Assembly (NCBI RefSeq): GCF_018977255.1
Contig: NW_024704743.1
Location: forward strand, 110,176,001 to 110,240,000
Direction of reading: 5' to 3'
DNA from: Callorhinchus milii
Taxonomy: Eukaryota
DNA: 64,000 bases
Each line of letters starts with the position of its first letter. The stretch's first letter is position 1. The notes beneath the pieces were generated by a model. The model was not told where the DNA came from. It searched no databases and was given only the letters and a program-made list of their open reading frames with translations. This document shows positions 61,571-64,000 of this stretch, piece after piece. The position numbers and the translations under genes were made by a program.

Positions 61571-62870
61571 ACAACAACAAAATTACGTTTGTATAGCAAC
61601 TTTCACGTCGGGAAGACGTCCCAAGGTGCTGGACAATCAGTGTTTTGAACCCGAGCTGGGTTCAAAACAGCTGGAGGCTGGAGGGTAGAGGGGGAAGGAG
61701 GGTGATCGAAGGCACGGTCGAAGAGGAGGGTCTTGAGACAGGTCTTGAAGGAGTTTAGGGAAGATGGAGGGACTACGGGATCGAGTTCCAGAAGGTGGGG
61801 GCAGAGTGGCTGAAGGTCCGTCCACCAATGGTGGGGCGAGCGAGGCGGGGGACATGAAGCAGGCCGGAGCCCGCTGAGTGGAGGGAACGGGCAGGTTGTT
61901 AGGGGGCTTAGGAGGTTGCAGAGATAGATGTAGAGTTAGGTGTCATCTGCATACATGTGGAAGTTGACCCCATGTCTGCAGATGATGTCACCAAGAGGGA
62001 GCATATAGATATTAAAGAGGAGGGGGCCAAGAAAAGAGCCCTGAGAAATGCTGTATGAGACAGAGGAGTCACTGCCCTTTATATTACTAGAGGAGAATCT
62101 GTTTGTGGAGATAAAGTGGAGACAGTGAGAGAGGTACAATAGGAACTATTCAAGGACAGAATCATGAAGTTTGAGGTGACCGAAGAGGTGGTGGAGGAGG
62201 ATAGAATGGTCAACGGTATCAAAGGCAGCGGAGAGATCAAGGAGGACGAGGAGGCAGAGGTAGCCCTGGTCGCAGATGGACAACATATCATTAGTTACTT
62301 TGACCAAAGCTGTTTCTGTGTTGTGGCCGGCACGGAAACCTGATTGGAGGGGTTTGTGAAGTGAGTGGCGGGAGAGGAAGTAGCGAACTGGGAAGCAATG
62401 ACTCATTCCAGGACCATGGAAAGGAAAAGGAGGTTGGAGATGGGGTGGTAGTTTGAGAGCAGGGAAGGATCCAGGGAGGGTTTTTTTAAGGATAGGAGTG
62501 ATGACAGCCGTGTTTAAAAGGGTGACGATGGTGCCAGTGGACAGGGAGAGCGTTATGATGTCAGTGAGTAGAGGGGCAATGAGGTGGAGCTGGGAGATAA
62601 GGAGAGGGGTAGGGATGGGGTTGAGGGAGCAGATGGTCGGTTTCATGCAGATTATAGTGGTTGTGAGAGAAGGTGTGAAGGGAGGGATGAGTAGGGGCCG
62701 GGGTAGAAGACGGAAATGAAGAGGGGGTAATAGACAGATAGGCAGAGGCAGCTGAGCGGATCTCCTCCTCCTTGGATTTGAGGAAGTCCAGCATCGCCTC
62801 GCAATTGGCTTTGGAGGAGAAGATGGGCGAGTCGTGAGAGGGTGGTTGGACCCATTTCTCTCGAGCACCA
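61571..62870 (-). mobile_element. L2-clade LINE covering most of RT, with an internal deletion
   Basis: QSGFRAGHNTETALVKVTND, LVLLDLSAAFDTVDH, QGSFLGPLLFNIYMLPLG and FHMYADDT (ORFs 62146 and 61936). It then jumps to the 3' end and (TTG)n tail. Confidence 0.95.
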
Positions 62871-63766
62871 TTGTTTAATCATGATCTAGTGTTGAACTGT
62901 GATGGGAAAATATCAGGTTTGACTTTGCAAGTGTTACAGTGCCTTAAATATTAATGTGCCCTTTTACATCTGAAAGGAAATAACTTCAACATAATTTTAT
63001 TCACATAGGCAAGCAGTGCACTATCACTTGGAGGTACTATTCTGATAGTCCTGGGTTGTTTATAGAAAGGTGGAAGCTCTTAAAACAGCTTGATGCTGGT
63101 TAAGTCATTAAGTAGAGATGTTCAAGTACAATGCTGGAGGAAGGGGACAAGAGTGAAGTGGGGGGTATCAGAGAACCACAAATGACAACGACCTCTCCCA
63201 ACCCATGTGTTAAGGATCCGAACCCCTGAGCTTTCTACATGGTTTCCTTATGAGGATCTAAAATGTGACAATGTATAAATGGAGAGCTGCTGAAATAGAC
63301 TCCTACCCGCAGCTCAGTGAGTCACACCAATTCCAGGGAACTCCACTCCACTTCGAGTCGTTCTGTATCCAAAGTTCTCGCCTAAGATCATTTCTCTTAA
63401 AAAGTTTAGGAAATTTAGGAAGTTCTGAAATCCAGTCTTACCTTACAACAAAGTGGTTTCCAACTTAAGATTGACTATCCATCTTGCTGGGAAGGGCAGA
63501 AGTGTTGAGATTTTTGTTTTTTGGTCAGCTGGATGTCTGACACATTCAGAAACCTATCGGCATGCTTCAGAGTATCCAAACTAAGCTGAGCGTTCCACAC
63601 ATGAATGCTACCAACACAGACATTTAAGCAGGGGACTCCTTGGACTGAGTTGGCTCCAAGGTTAATTGACTCAACTCTCTGTGGCAGTCTTAGTAGTGCA
63701 TTTTTATTTGGTCAACCAGGACACATGCAGAAACCTATCCATATACTTAAGTGCTCTGCAACACTA

Positions 63767-63980
63767 TAATAATAATAATAATCCTTGCATTTTGATATAG
63801 GGCTTTTCAGGTCGGGAGGACGTCCCAAAGTGCTTCACAGAACACACTGCAAAGTGAATTGACTGTATATTTGTGGGCGAACGCGGCAGCCAATTGTGCA
63901 CAGCAATGTCCGACAAACAATCATATGGATTGAAAATGACCAATTTATTATTGGTTTTTTTTGGAGGCATTATTATTCCA
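63767..63980 (-). mobile_element. tRNA-Ala SINE short variant, 3' two-thirds
   Basis: Nearly identical to 3529-3750. Another partial copy is at 48797-48898. Confidence 0.85.
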
Positions 63981-64000
63981 CTACCTGGATGAAGGGTGCT

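Noticed and set aside
63208..63450. Possible second solo LTR (TGTTAAGG...CCTTACAACA)
   Set aside because: Termini are imperfect, with no TSD and no clear polyA signal.
140..63970. ORF-track entries as host genes
   Set aside because: The long ORFs are frameshifted L2/CR1 ORF2 pieces or their alternative and antisense frames. Recurrent peptides such as WDIAV..W or CKDYYYY are SINE translations. None resembles a host protein I recognise.

Overview
Non-coding vertebrate DNA, most likely from a cartilaginous fish (shark or chimaera), inferred from its repeat repertoire. I could not recognise a host protein-coding exon, RNA gene or CRISPR array, so it reads as a gene desert or very large intron. 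Much of it is decayed retroposons: L2-clade LINE fragments with (TTG)n tails, two retaining YADD; CR1-clade LINE 3' ends; a tRNA-Ala-headed SINE with a (TTA)n tail; a longer SacSINE1/DeuSINE-type SINE; an AmnSINE2-like SINE; and an unnamed ~700-nt ancient family. It also holds a solo LTR (24155-24721) and an internally deleted hAT transposon with an 8-bp TSD and a zinc-finger relic (11098-11705). The most unusual structures are a ~730-bp fold-back made of SINE tail plus unique DNA (37850-38582), a 62-bp CCAAT-CRE-CRE-CCAAT palindrome (9599-9660), a perfect 21-bp inverted repeat (10568-10723), and a 111-codon reading frame visible only after removing a SINE insertion (59842-60269). TE-free islands look like candidate enhancers. 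Family names come from remembered consensus motifs, not database searches, and boundaries of old repeats are approximate.
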